NCBI GenBank assembly: GCA_036172245.1
Contig: JAYWIR010000001.1
Span: 10,230,001-10,294,000, forward strand
Reading direction: 5' to 3'
DNA length: 64,000 nt
Source of the DNA: Raillietiella orientalis
Lineage: Eukaryota
The position numbers and the translations under genes were made by a program. The notes beneath the pieces were generated by a model. That model ran no database searches, was not told the DNA's origin, and worked only from the letters and a program-made list of their open reading frames with translations. Below, piece after piece: positions 13,901 to 25,080 of the stretch. Each line of letters starts with the position of its first letter. Position 1 is the first letter of the stretch.

Positions 13901-15239
13901 AGTGAAGAATTCTCCGTGTCCATAGTGACGGTTGTAAGAAACTTTCCCTGCGCCCAAATGCTGATATCAAATAGCTGAAGGTAACAATCTTCCATTAGTG
14001 TCCCTACACAAACGAGTCCACAAGAACTGTGAACCCATAGGGATGCAGGAGAAAATCTTTAGAGAAATCCATGTACACAGGTAAATCCCGTGAACCTTAC
14101 GCAATGTTGCACAGAACTGCGTCCTGTTGCCTGTTGATGATCTCCTCTGCTAGGACGGAGTGCCAGCCAGCGCCTCCCGAACCATCTCCGATCTGCCTTT
14201 TACGCAGGAAGGATTGATGGAACCTTATTGCGACAATCCTTGGAGCATACCCTTATTTCGATATGTGATCCAGGAGCATCCGTGTCTCCAAATTGTGGGT
14301 CAATGGAGCACTCACCGGTTCCGCAGTCTACGGACTTATACTCTGACGTCATATCAACAGACCTACCAACTCCTTTGAACTAAACACTTGCACTGCAAGA
14401 GATTCAATTCGAAAGAACAACGACAGTACGTCTGTGCAATCTGGAGTGGTCCTCTCACCCCCGATTTCCAGGCCACTCACTTTACATTATTGGGTGCGGA
14501 GATTCATCTCCCCCCTGAGGCAGTTCTCGTCTCTAGTGGAAGCCTGACTATGGATCTCCTGCTGCCCAATGAACTGCAATGCTCGGCGGCAGGATGCTGT
14601 TTTGTCCTGGGCTGCATCCCACGGAATGCTCACTTAAGATATTTGTCTCCCGCGACATCTGTTGCCACGACCTCTGGAAGCGGTTATGGAGAACGCGGTG
14701 GACTGGTCGACCGTGTACACCACACCCTTCGCTGCAGTGCTATCTGCCCTTAGGGCAAGCAAAAACAGTAGCCAACCGGAGAGGTGGGAGTTTTCCTTCA
14801 CCATAGCGGGAAAAACAAGACTCCTTGGTGGCTTGAAGATGCGCGACTTGGCAGACGCTGCCACTTTGTGTGCTGTGGCTACGGACTCCTTCGATGAAGT
14901 CCACTCCCGAGTGCTGCCCCCGAGATACTTGTGGTCCATAAGCATTCCGTGGACACTTTTGTGTTCCCCTTTCCTTCGCTTCTCGGCCTTTTGGCTAAGA
15001 TCAAAGTGAAAATAGGCCGTCCTGCTCTTCCTCCACTGGGGACTCCAGTGCAATGAGCGGCGGCACCGCGTTTCCGCAAGGGTTGCATCCCGAACTGTGT
15101 TATTCCAGGTACAGGTCGTCGGATTCGATCTCGCCGCACCTGCTTTTGGACTGCGAAGCCCTACAGGAACTGTGGCGGGGCTGTAAGGAGCGTCCGAGAT
15201 GTGTTGCGACGGTCCTCGTGCCGGAAGGACTCATGACGG

Positions 15240-15255
15240 GCACGGTGATCTCAAT
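15240..15255. repeat. 16-bp target-site duplication, left copy
   Basis: GCACGGTGATCTCAAT, identical to 19528-19543. Confidence 0.95.
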
Positions 15256-15314
15256 TTTCCCCAAGTCCCACAAGGTTTGGGGTAAATTTATTTTTCAATT
15301 TTTAAACATTCATA

Positions 15315-18300
15315 CTACAATTTCCATTCACACAATATACTACCACTTTCACTTGAAGGTCCTTTGGGATACTCAAAGTTCTGCATTCTGGGTGGGTTTC
15401 CAGATGTTTGGTCCCGGGCGTCGTCCTCGATCCTCTTCAGGATGAATCGGTACGTCCAGGCTTGGAGGCGTCCACAGTTCCTGATACCGATCTCCTTGCG
15501 GATGAGTCCTTGTAGGATCTCCATGGGGGTTCTGGTTCTCCTGGCTTTCCTCATATTCCACCACCGCACAAGTATGGCGGTGATGGGGAGGGCAATGGTC
15601 ATCCTCACCATGGGATTGTAACAGGGAACATTACCATCTCCCTGAGACATCCCAGCGAGGATTTCCATCACAGACTTGTTGTTTTGTCCTATGATCCTTT
15701 TCAGGATCAGCCAGTCGCGTAGCAAAGTGGGACACGTCAAGATGTGGAGTCTCGTATCGATGTCTCCACATGCCGTGCAGTCTTCATCTTCCCGTCTTCC
15801 TTGAAGTGCTTGAGCCTGGACCCGCTCTGGATTCCTCCATGATAGAACATCAGGAGGTCGTCCAGGGTGTCTGGCGGATGGTCACTCCTCCAGAGTGTCG
15901 TGCCAATCGCCAACAGGTTAAAACGGTTACTCCCGTGGCGATCGGCGGCTTCTTGGAGGGCACTGGTGTCTTGGACTTCATCCTTAATCATTCTTCGGAG
16001 GTTCATCTTGGTTACCCTGGACCATGCGAGGTGGTTGTGGTTTTTCCAGACTTCGCGAGTCTTGTGGGTAAACCTACCCAACATCATCTCTATATACCGA
16101 AGTATACGAGTGTGATGTGGGTATACTCCTCTTCTGAACTCCTGGATGCGTTGTAGAGTACCTCTGGACCGCTGGTAGATCCAGCTTCTCGTGTTCTGGG
16201 GGACCGGAAGCATCCATGGGATCACCAGGATGGACTCCTCCTGCCAGAGTTCCCTACTTTTGGGCATGATTTTTATCTTGTGCTTTCGCACTAGCCTTTG
16301 TTTTCTTGTCCAGGTGGGGTCGATGGTTCTCCATTCCCCTGTTCGGCCTAGCAGCGCAGTCATCAGACCTTTCGAGTTGTTCAACAACAACGCGTAAGCC
16401 CTGTGTGCCGCATACGGCCAGTCATCCCAGTGAGTAGCGATATCCAGGATGTGCCGCGTATCCATGGTTTCCATGGAATGTGCAAGTGACTTCATCCCGC
16501 AGCCGCCTTCTTCCCTGGGACGACACAGGGGTTTCAACCAGACTCTTAAGCGATGGTGTCCCCAAAGTGTTTTTCTCTGCAGCTTTTCCACTTCTTTGGT
16601 GTTTTCTTCGTCCAATCTGGCAAAGGCCGTTCCGAAGAGCACCTTTGGAAGGAGTACTCCATTCCATAGGTTGGCCTTTCGCTTCATGTCAAAACCCAGT
16701 CGGGTGGACGCAGAGTCGTCGCCGATGTAGACTCTCAGGTACTTGGCTGTGTCCACCGTTCGGAATCCTCTCCCCGTGAGAGCGGAGAGGTCCAGGATTC
16801 CGACGGGCAAAAGCTGGCTCTTCTGGGCGTTGATCTTCAGGCCCAGTCCCTCTTTCATGAGCATCACCACATCCAAAAACGCTTGTTGATCCCTCTTTCC
16901 CCTGATGAAGAAGAGGAGATCATCCGCGTAGGCGAGATGGGTGAGCTTCTGGTTGTCAATTTTCATCCCTTGTAATCTCCCACTGTTCTCAATGAATGAA
17001 GAGAGCGCCTCCATATAGATAACAAACAGCATCGGACTTAGCGAGTCGCCCTGCCGAACTCCTCGTTCCATCCGATTAGCTGCTGTTTCCAAACCGTTGA
17101 TCTTTATCCGGAAACGTTGATTCCGGAGGATCATTTCCACGAAGTTGCTGAAGTATTCCGGAAGTCTAGCTTTTCCAGAATCTTCAGCAGCATCCCATGG
17201 TCGATGGTGTCGAAGGCTTTCTCCATGTCGGTGAACGCCAGCACCAGGTTCTCGTCGACGTATCGGCTAAGTCCCACGGTAGCTTGCGCGCACTTAACAT
17301 TGTCCGACATGTGGCTTCCGGGTACCGCACATGTCTGGACGGGAGAAATCAGCCTCGACATAACTTTGCTTAAGCGGTTGGCCCAGATCTTTGCCAACCA
17401 CTTGGCATCCGAGTTGAGGATTAAGATTGGCCTCCATTGGGTGACCTGCGTTAGATCACCTCCTTTCGGCAGCAATCTCGTCCTACTCTCGTAGAAGGAC
17501 TCCGGCAATCGTCCTTCTTGGCGGATGCAGAGGGTCAACTGGTGGAACAGCCGCAAGTAGGCGTGCAGGTACCGTTGATAGTGACTGATGGGAACACTGT
17601 CAAGTCCTGTTGCTGCATCCTTGCGTAATTCCTTAAACGCAGTCTTCACCTCTTCCTCGGAAAAATCCTCCTCCAGTCTCTTCCGCTGTAGATCGCCAAT
17701 CTTCCTTTTCATATGACTCAAGAAGGTCTTCTGTATCGCCTGACACAGAAAGTACAAAACACTTTCGCGCCGAAAGTGTTTCGTGTAATGCCTTTCGAAT
17801 GCATCCACGATGTCCTCCGACGTGTGTCGGCTGTGGTCGCCTTGCTGATTCCGAAAGATATCTGTGGCCAGATTCTTCTTCTCCAGTACGCCGACTTCCC
17901 CTTTTATGCTATGGAAGACGTACCGACTCTCGTACTGATCAAAGTACTCTGAGAGGGAGCGATCTTGGATGTTCAGCTCCCGGTACGCCTCCTGCCTCAA
18001 TCTCCTATCTCCGAATTGCATATTTGCAAAGAGATGGATCCTGTGCTTCAGGCTGTCCCAGTCGGCGACTATTAGGATCTTGTTGGTCTTCAGAATCGTC
18101 TCCAGAACCTCCTGATGACAGGGATGGTTCTCGAACCAGGTGGGCATGCTGATGAGCGCCGCCCTGGTGCCTTGCCTTCGCCGAGGATTTTCCGTCCTTA
18201 GGGAAAATCGCACCAACGGGTGATCGGACAACGCGGTGGGGATGTCACGAAAACCTTGAATGCGGTTCCCTAGTTCGGTACTGTGAAGGAGGTGGTCTAT

Positions 18301-18861
18301 CGGCCTGTGGCTTGCCGTTCGCCACAGCAATCCGAACTCGTCGGAAAGCCTCCGATACGCCTTCCTTCCTCCGGCGTCCTGGGATCGGGTGGGTTCGTCC
18401 AGGATGTTGAGATCGCCAGCAACGATCACGACGTCCTTGGGCGCGACCTTTCCTCGGAGTGCCGCATGCAGCGCCTCCGCACATCGATGTTTCTGCCTGT
18501 GTGGCCCGTACACGTTTACCAAGAAAAGGTGAACGTTAGCGGACCAGGCCAGTCGCACACCGATGATACGTCCCGGCAAGGGACAGAGGACTTCCAGAAT
18601 GGTGGAGGCCAGGTGGTTCTTGACCAAGACCACCACACCTTCCGTGTTCCACTGTCTCTCGCTGACGAACATCTGCCCATCGAAACGTCGTTCCATTTGC
18701 TGGGTGATCTGGAGACCTAGCCTGTGGGTCTCCTGCAGGCACACGATGTCCTGTTGTGCGATGATCCGCATAATCCTTCTTCTTTCAACCTGGTCGATCA
18801 GACCATTTACATTCCAGGAGGCGATGCTAATCCTCCTGGCGGTCGATAGGGTTGAAGCCAT
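15315..18861 (-). pseudogene. LINE ORF2: AP endonuclease, reverse transcriptase and C-terminal CCHC zinc knuckle, with two frameshifts (~17160, ~15790)
   Basis: APE motifs SWNVNGL, CLQETH, NVYGP, AGDLN, IDHLL, SDH. RT motifs WRPILILNSDAK, DMEKAFDTIDH, GVRQGDSLSP, YADD. After the frameshift, CTACGDIDTRLHILTC (CX2CX7HX3C). Spans ORFs 17131-18861, 15737-17140 and 15315-15740. Confidence 0.95.
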
Positions 18862-18873
18862 AAAGGGGAAGAC

Positions 18874-19527
18874 CTACTTCTTGGCCTTCCTGAGCTTCTT
18901 ATGTCTGGGAGAGCGTTGTGCTCTTCCAGACGAAGAAGAGGGAGCGGGTTACTCGCTTCCAGCGTCTCTCTCCGTCCCGGTGAAATTGGTGATATCGGTC
19001 TCCTCGGTGGAGTGCTCGGCTCGTGCGACGAGCTTGCGTGGGAGGGCTTCCAACGCCACCTTGGCGCAGAAGTTTGTCTTTACGTCGAGAAGTTTGTCTT
19101 CCAGTTTCTCGCACTCGGAAACCTCCACCACCTGGTTGACGGTTTCTTGTGCGTTGCAGTTCTGCAGGACTTGCTCCTGCTGATGTCCGCTCTGCACTTC
19201 CATCATCTCCTCCGCCAATTTCTCGACCTCTTCGGTAGTCTGCAGGCACACTCCTTGACAGAGTGGCTGCGACACCGGAGTGGATTCCACCTTTTCCTCC
19301 TTCTCGCTTTCTTCCGCTACTTCCATCTTTTCACCTTCCACTGCCAATACTTCCTGGGTTAGAGGAGTTTCCTGCTCCTTGACGAGCATCTTCCTCTTCC
19401 CTTTCTTCCAAACTTCAACAAAGCCATCCACCGAAACCAGAGCGGCCTCCCTCACCTTCCTCTGCTTTAATTGTTTTTGTGGTTTCACAACCTCCGCCAA
19501 GACCTCCCCCTGCACCGCCTCAGCCGA
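18874..19527 (-). pseudogene. LINE ORF1 C-terminal remnant (E/K/V-rich, coiled-coil-like), with one premature stop
   Basis: ORF 18949-19542 continues in frame past a TAA at 18951-18949 to ...HKKLRKAKK-TAG at 18876-18874, leaving a 12-nt spacer before the ORF2 ATG (18861). The 5' end is cut at the TSD. Confidence 0.75.
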
Positions 19528-19543
19528 GCACGGTGATCTCAAT
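19528..19543. repeat. 16-bp target-site duplication, right copy
   Basis: GCACGGTGATCTCAAT, identical to 15240-15255. Confidence 0.95.
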
Positions 19544-22500
19544 CATCGGTTGCCATCGTCACGACTTGCCATGTGCTAGAGACGACTACGCAGCGAAGGG
19601 AGGTCACCAGAGTGGCAGTCGCCTACATGAGGACGGCTGCAAGGAGGCCCAACCTTCAAGAGGAAGACAAGGGAGAGATCAGCGCCGGTTTTAGGAAAAT
19701 TAGGAACGGGGGACATCTGAGATCCTTGTCCCTTGCCTCCCTTTATTTTCTTAAATTTTTTCCCTATTCCCCATCCTTCTTTGGTCCGTAACTTCCCAGG
19801 TGCTTTCTTTTTGTGGTGAAACTGTTGCATATAGAGCGAACCCAAAGATTCATCCCACCGGATTTTTTTTTGTCATACCCGCTCCCCTCATCAGTTGCAG
19901 ACTTTCGGTTATCCCGATCTGTGTTTCGGTAGACCCTCCCCTTGAACTTTGTCGTCGGTTGAGAACTGCGCCTTCCAAACTGACTTGTTTTTTTATAAAA
20001 TAAACGCTTCGGCGTGACCGAGTGCAAAACATATTTTACACGAATAAATGAAGTTTATTGGAGGCGAACTGAAACGAAAGGGAGGCACCCTTATTGGGGA
20101 TGGAACTAGGGGAGTGTCAGTAAAGAAAGAAGTGAATGGGATGGACATGGCTGACGGGCGCTGAACGTGATTCTCGTGGGTCTGCGTTGGGCAGGGCAGG
20201 GAAGGAAGGAAAGGGATGTGTTCACCGGTGTCGGGTTCGTGTGCCCAGAATGGTCCACTGCACATTCCATTCCATCTCCATTCGCCTAGAGGCGATGGCG
20301 ATTGCATGTCGGCCGCACTCTTCCTCCATTACAGGGGGCACCGCTGCTGACGCGTGAATGGCCAACGAGGAGGCAACAGGCTGTCTGGACGTTTCTTCAA
20401 GCAGGTCCTGTGGGACACAACCGAGCAGCTAAAGTAGCTCTGCGAGGCACTTCCATCGCTCCAGGGAGACGGGCGTAAGTCCAAGAATCCCAAGGAAAAT
20501 CTCATTTTCTGCAATTGTTCCCCTAAATGCGATTGCCAAGATGATGAGTTTGTGAAAATAAAGGATGGAAGTTTGTCTAAATGAAAGGTGAAAGTTCGTC
20601 GAAGAAATTTTGTTGAAAGGTAGGATAAAACTTCGTGAAAATGGGGGGTCGGAGTTTGTCGAAATGTTCCAGGATCAGCTCGTATAAAAAGGCAAAGAAG
20701 GAGAGCGAACGAACTAATTGGTAGTCTCCTCTTTCCTCCTATTATTCTTGCTGATGAAGAACGGTCTCATATTCCACTCAGTTGCACCAATAGAACCCCG
20801 AAGAGATAGCATGGAAGATTTCAACCGTCACCGGAAGCTCTTTTTCTGTTCTTAGTTGCACTGACAAACTAAGCGATCTCAGTTCTGGAAAAGCCGGTCA
20901 TCATCTTAGTGACAGGTATCACAAATGCGAAAATAAAACGACTGAATAAAAGTCACGTTGATTGAATAGCTCGCCTTAGTTTCCCGCAGCCAAAGTGATG
21001 AAACCAGCCTAAATGAGAACTGGTGTTACAGAAAGCAGCAGGCGGAAAATGCATGGAGTGCAGATAGCCGCTCAAAAGTTTTGGAGAAGATCCACCATGA
21101 TCTCCTAACCTTTCTGGTCATGATAACTCAGAAATACCAGTAAAAAATCTTCAGCAGATTCGTTGAATCATTCATCCCAGATCCTTATGAATCCAGTGTT
21201 GTCCCTAGTAGGATAACATCAGCAATTCAGCTTGATTATCTAATTGATATGAAAAATCACGAAACGATGGTCCATGGCCTACTTAATCTAAACCAGTTCT
21301 TAACATCTCTCGATTCATTGTCATCAACATTATTATAAGATCTTCATGAAAAAGTGTGCTCTTCAGATACCACATTCTCACTCAAGTAGTATTACCATAA
21401 ACGATGTTAAGGGTATGTTATAAATAGCAATGGGTATAAATCTAAAGTAAATGGCATCTCCCTCCACTCATGGCAGCGCTACTACTCTGTGTCTGTGCTA
21501 CTCGTTTACACTGCTGCGAAGGATTGCCGTTGCCATAACGCTAATTTGTTCGGAAAATGTCTTAAGTCTGTGCCACCAGTCACTGTTCATCCTACATCAG
21601 TTGAGGTCGGTGGACAGCAGCGATAATTGCAATGAGAACTCACAGCAACGGACTCACACTGTCCCCTTGCACCTTTCACCTCTTCCCAGACCTCACTGTT
21701 AACCTCTTCAGGACCGAGGTGCTTGAGCTTTAGCATGAAGGGAAAGCTTTCTCTAAATAATGCAACCGATGGAGAGAGACCTTATTAGTACATAACTGCT
21801 TCCAACATCGTTCATTTAAGTCTTCGCTTCCGACTTCGACTTATGCAAAAAATGCAGACCCATAATCAGTTCTGGTGTCCTTCGTGACCCGACTCGTTCC
21901 CGAAAAGCATTTCCTCTTCCCTCTCGAGCAGAGTTAGCACCAGAAATCTTGGTGCGCCAACACCTACGAGATGCTCCCTGACGGTGCATGCACCTTTCCT
22001 ATCTTCCAGTTCTGGCAGACCCTTGTCATACTCAGCTGCATTCATCACGCTCAGCTGCCTCAGGGATTAGCTGCAGTCGGATAATGATTTACAGAAAAAA
22101 GTAAGCTGCTTAGTTCTTCGAATTACGTTATCACCAGTCTGCATCTGCCATGATTCTTGCCTTCGGTCCACGAATGCCTAGAGCATTCCGCCAAGTACCA
22201 CGGAACGCTAATAAAATTATTTAATCCTCACGGTTCCGCAACGTTGTGGCTGTCAGAGAAAATCGCCACGAATGAGGAACTTTCCCCATTCAACTCTTGA
22301 GCACTGCTGGGCTGCCGAGTCGGTTTCTAAGAAGCCAAGAAAATACGCCGCCACGGGAGACACTGATTATCCAATAATGCTATAAATAAGCAGATGCATC
22401 TGAGCTTTTTTTCTTCTTTCTCTAGCTCTTTTTCCACTTGACGCATTTTCCATCATGCCGAGGAACCCTCAGGCAGCATAAAATATATATAAAAAACAGA

Positions 22501-22959
22501 TCCCTAAAATCGAACATCCCTAATTCCCAAACTTTGTTATCATTGTCGCATGAATGCCCTTTCTATGCAATAGCAAACGCTCTACCATCTATAAAATAAA
22601 GGGGCCAGCAGTTATAATCGCTCCGGAAGATCGCAGTAGGTACAGTCCAATTCTTTCCTACCCTCTCCAGCAAGCTGAACGCTGTCATACATTAGCGCAA
22701 AGATCTTACCGCATACTCCCTCCTCTTCCAGATCCGAGAATTACGGGATTGTCTGCAGCATCCGGAGATGATTGCTGGATCATATGAAGAATACTCGAAG
22801 AAACTCCTAATCATCAACAATACCCGTGGGACAAAATACTTCTAAGGTTATTTTCGAAGGGAGAAGAATACTTGAACTAGCCGGAGGTCGAACGAAATAC
22901 CTCGTGCACCACAATCAAGTGAGCTTTGGCTTAAGAAGCGTCCCAGAATTGTCGATGTA

Positions 22960-23655
22960 AAAACTGGTGATTTGGAAGGTGCCATCCATCGGCTATTCTG
23001 CTGTTCCTGCACTAGGGTCTCCAGTGCAGCCAGAGTAAGAACCTAGTTTCCGGAGGAGTTGCATCCCCAAGCTGTTCAAGGTGCGGGAGCGATGGAATCC
23101 TTCCTGCACCTGCTGTTGGACTGCAGCGCCCTCGAGAACATCTGGGAGAGACTGCATTCCGGCACCCGGAAGACACTGCGAAGAATTTGCTACGGCAGTT
23201 CTCCGCGAGAAGTGCGGTCACGGCAGGAGCCGTAATTGCAAACGAGGGTGCTGCATCATGAGCCATCATCACGGTCCTCCATCTGTTGGAGTTTCGGGAG
23301 CAGAGAAGGGAGGTCACATTGTCGTAGCTGTCTATATGGGAAGGGCTGCTAGGTGGCCTCAGCTGGAAGGAGTCAAGAAGGAGGTCGCCAGCATCCACAG
23401 TCGATTTTAGAAAGAAGGAACGGCCATCACCGGTGACCCGTGTCCTCACCCTCCCCTTATTGTTTTGTTTTTCTACTGTTATTTTAAATTCACCCCTACG
23501 GCTCGTTTCGGATTTTTCCCGGCTTTTCAAGAAGGAACAAGACACGGCCCCCCAAAAAACTTCTCTCCTTTTTGATTGTGTTCCGGGAATTGCCCTTTTC
23601 CCGAATTGCTTGTTTATTTCGACGAAATAAACGCTCTGGAGACACTTGATGAAAA
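22960..23655 (+). mobile_element. Old L1-like LINE 3' fragment
   Basis: LLFLH*GLQCSQ...SCSRCG.MESFLHLLLDCSAL (zf-RVT-like), VAVYMGRAARWPQL, T-rich 3' UTR, terminal AATAAAC-GCTCT-GGAGACACTTGATG-AAAA. Confidence 0.8.
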
Positions 23656-23876
23656 CCCAGCTCCTTTCCTTTGCAGCATATGCCGCATACGGCTGCTGAT
23701 TCCTTTGCTCAACTCACATATGCTCCCATGGTTACCGGAAATCTTCGAAAGCAACCATCGATTCCACTGATTTCACATGCCATGGGCATGGGCCGGAAGA
23801 GAAGTGTGCTTTCCAATCCATGTTTCCCCACTGCCATTTTTTCAACAGCTTCTTCATGCAGTTAGTGATTTAACAC

Positions 23877-25080
23877 CATGCACGAATTCCCCGATTCTTG
23901 CCTTCCCTCCTCTTAACACCCATCTTAACCCCCCGTCCCCTCCCTACTTTAAAAAATTTTTCTCCGCGCGCGGGTGTCCGATGGCGAGCCAAGCTGAGAA
24001 AACCTGCCAGCGGGCAAGGGGCTATTTTCCGGGGCGTTTCCTCCCACTGTTGCAACCGCGGGAGTGAGCAAAGCAATCCCGGGGCGCCCCGCAGCGGCCG
24101 GTTGTCGTCTCAGGGCACCTAATCGTTGGAATCCAAAAGATGGTAAACTGTGTCTGACCAGGGAGAAGTCAGAGGAGATTCCAGAAGAGGCCCACAGCCA
24201 TCCCGGCGTACAAGTTGGTCACAGGAGACTGGGCGGTGAAGGAGGATCCACCGAGCAGCGGGTTCCCTGCGGAGTTCCCCTTAGGGCACCTAACACCCTT
24301 CGAATCCGAAAGGAAAAGGGAGGTCTGCTACGACGAAAAGAATCATCAGGAGCTGAGATGACCTTGACCCATCCTCGAGTGGTCGAAGGTCGATCCAGCT
24401 TGAACGGTAAAGCTAGGAGCTAGGAACGCTCAGTGAGCCCATTTTGTTAAGCACAGTTGGCTTTGTGAGATGGACCAAACGTGGGGGATACGGCACCCCA
24501 TGTGAGAGCGCATCAGGTCCCATGGAAGGTGTTGGTTACTATGACAGCGGAACGGTGGTCATGGAAGTCGCAATATGCCAAGGAGCATCGGCAGCGACTC
24601 GGCTATCAGAGCAACCGACCGAGAAGATAGATCGCGTTCGAGCGCCGAAACTGCATCCAACCGTTGGGGTGGAGCCGACCCTGTTTTCCGGCGTCCCGCC
24701 GCTGGAGGACGGCAAAGTGCTCGCTGAAGGGTTTGGCTGCGAACACGCCTGAAGCCGCCGTCAGCGCAGTTGTCTTGGTGGTAGCAGCAAATCCTCTAGA
24801 GAGATTTGGTGGCCCTGATGTGAGGGAAAGCTCCAGAGGAACGGTCTCTGAGCACGGTTAGATCGATCGATCCTTGGTCTCCGGAGGAAATCCATCTATC
24901 TGTATCTTATTTTCTATTATTTATCTCCTATCCTCATTTCTCTATCCCGTATGATCCTCCGGTTCATATCAATCTTCTTTGCAATCATAAAACAATCTGA
25001 AATGATATCGATAAGGAAAGTGAGGGTAAGGCGTAGGGGGAGGAAGTCTTCGGTTCCACTTGGAACAGGATTCATGCATG
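23877..25080. mobile_element. Candidate non-autonomous insertion with short degenerate terminal inverted repeats
   Basis: Left end CATGCACGAATTCC versus reverse complement of the right end CATGCATGAATCCT. Flanks TAACAC and CAACAC. Removing it restores a PPR-like reading on the minus strand. No transposase recognised. Confidence 0.35.

Larger units (their letters stand above)
15256..19527 (-). mobile_element. L1/Tx1-like non-LTR retrotransposon, 5'-truncated within ORF1, nested in an older LINE
   Basis: ORF1 remnant followed by APE-RT-CCHC ORF2. Bounded by the exact direct repeat GCACGGTGATCTCAAT at 15240-15255 and 19528-19543. AATAAA at 15292-15287 near the 3' end. Confidence 0.95.
14510..20030 (+). 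mobile_element. Old L1-like LINE 3' fragment (host of the nested LINE); its own sequence is 14510-15255 plus 19544-20030
   Basis: zf-RVT-like LLFLHWGLQCNER...ISPHLLLDCEAL on the left. After removing the insert, the reading ...TGTVISI|IGCHR... joins ETTTQRREVTRVAVAYMRTAARRP, homologous to the copies at 23.3k, 36.4k and 44.1k. Terminal AATAAAC-GCTTC-GGCGTGACCGAGTG at 19999-20024. The left boundary is approximate. Confidence 0.85.
11450..20490 (+). pseudogene. Decayed PPR-E/E+-DYW gene split by the nested LINE pair; host segments 11450-14510 and 20030-20490
   Basis: PPR-like strings KTKCG..WN..EYSQRG..ASLLNA, LHSDQKSVVSAL, TYVSDFLD and QEHPCLQIV. E-like LTPDFQATHFTLL (~14460). After the LINE: RGVSVKK..GWTW (E+-like), LEAMAIA and ARHFHR (DYW-like EKLAIA and RFHHF). 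Confidence 0.55.

Noticed and set aside
17131..17165. Programmed ribosomal frameshift between the two long LINE ORFs
   Set aside because: The break falls inside the RT domain, has no X XXY YYZ slippery site and is repaired by one added base. Mutation or assembly error is simpler.
17117..19579. Plus-strand ORFs opposite the LINE (e.g. 18563-19183, 206 aa)
   Set aside because: Antisense shadows of the LINE coding sequence with no independent motifs.
14487..20068. TSD of the old host LINE (TTATTGGGTGCGGA versus TTATTGGAGGCGAA)
   Set aside because: Three mismatches in 14 nt and ~30 nt away from the inferred terminus; too weak to call.
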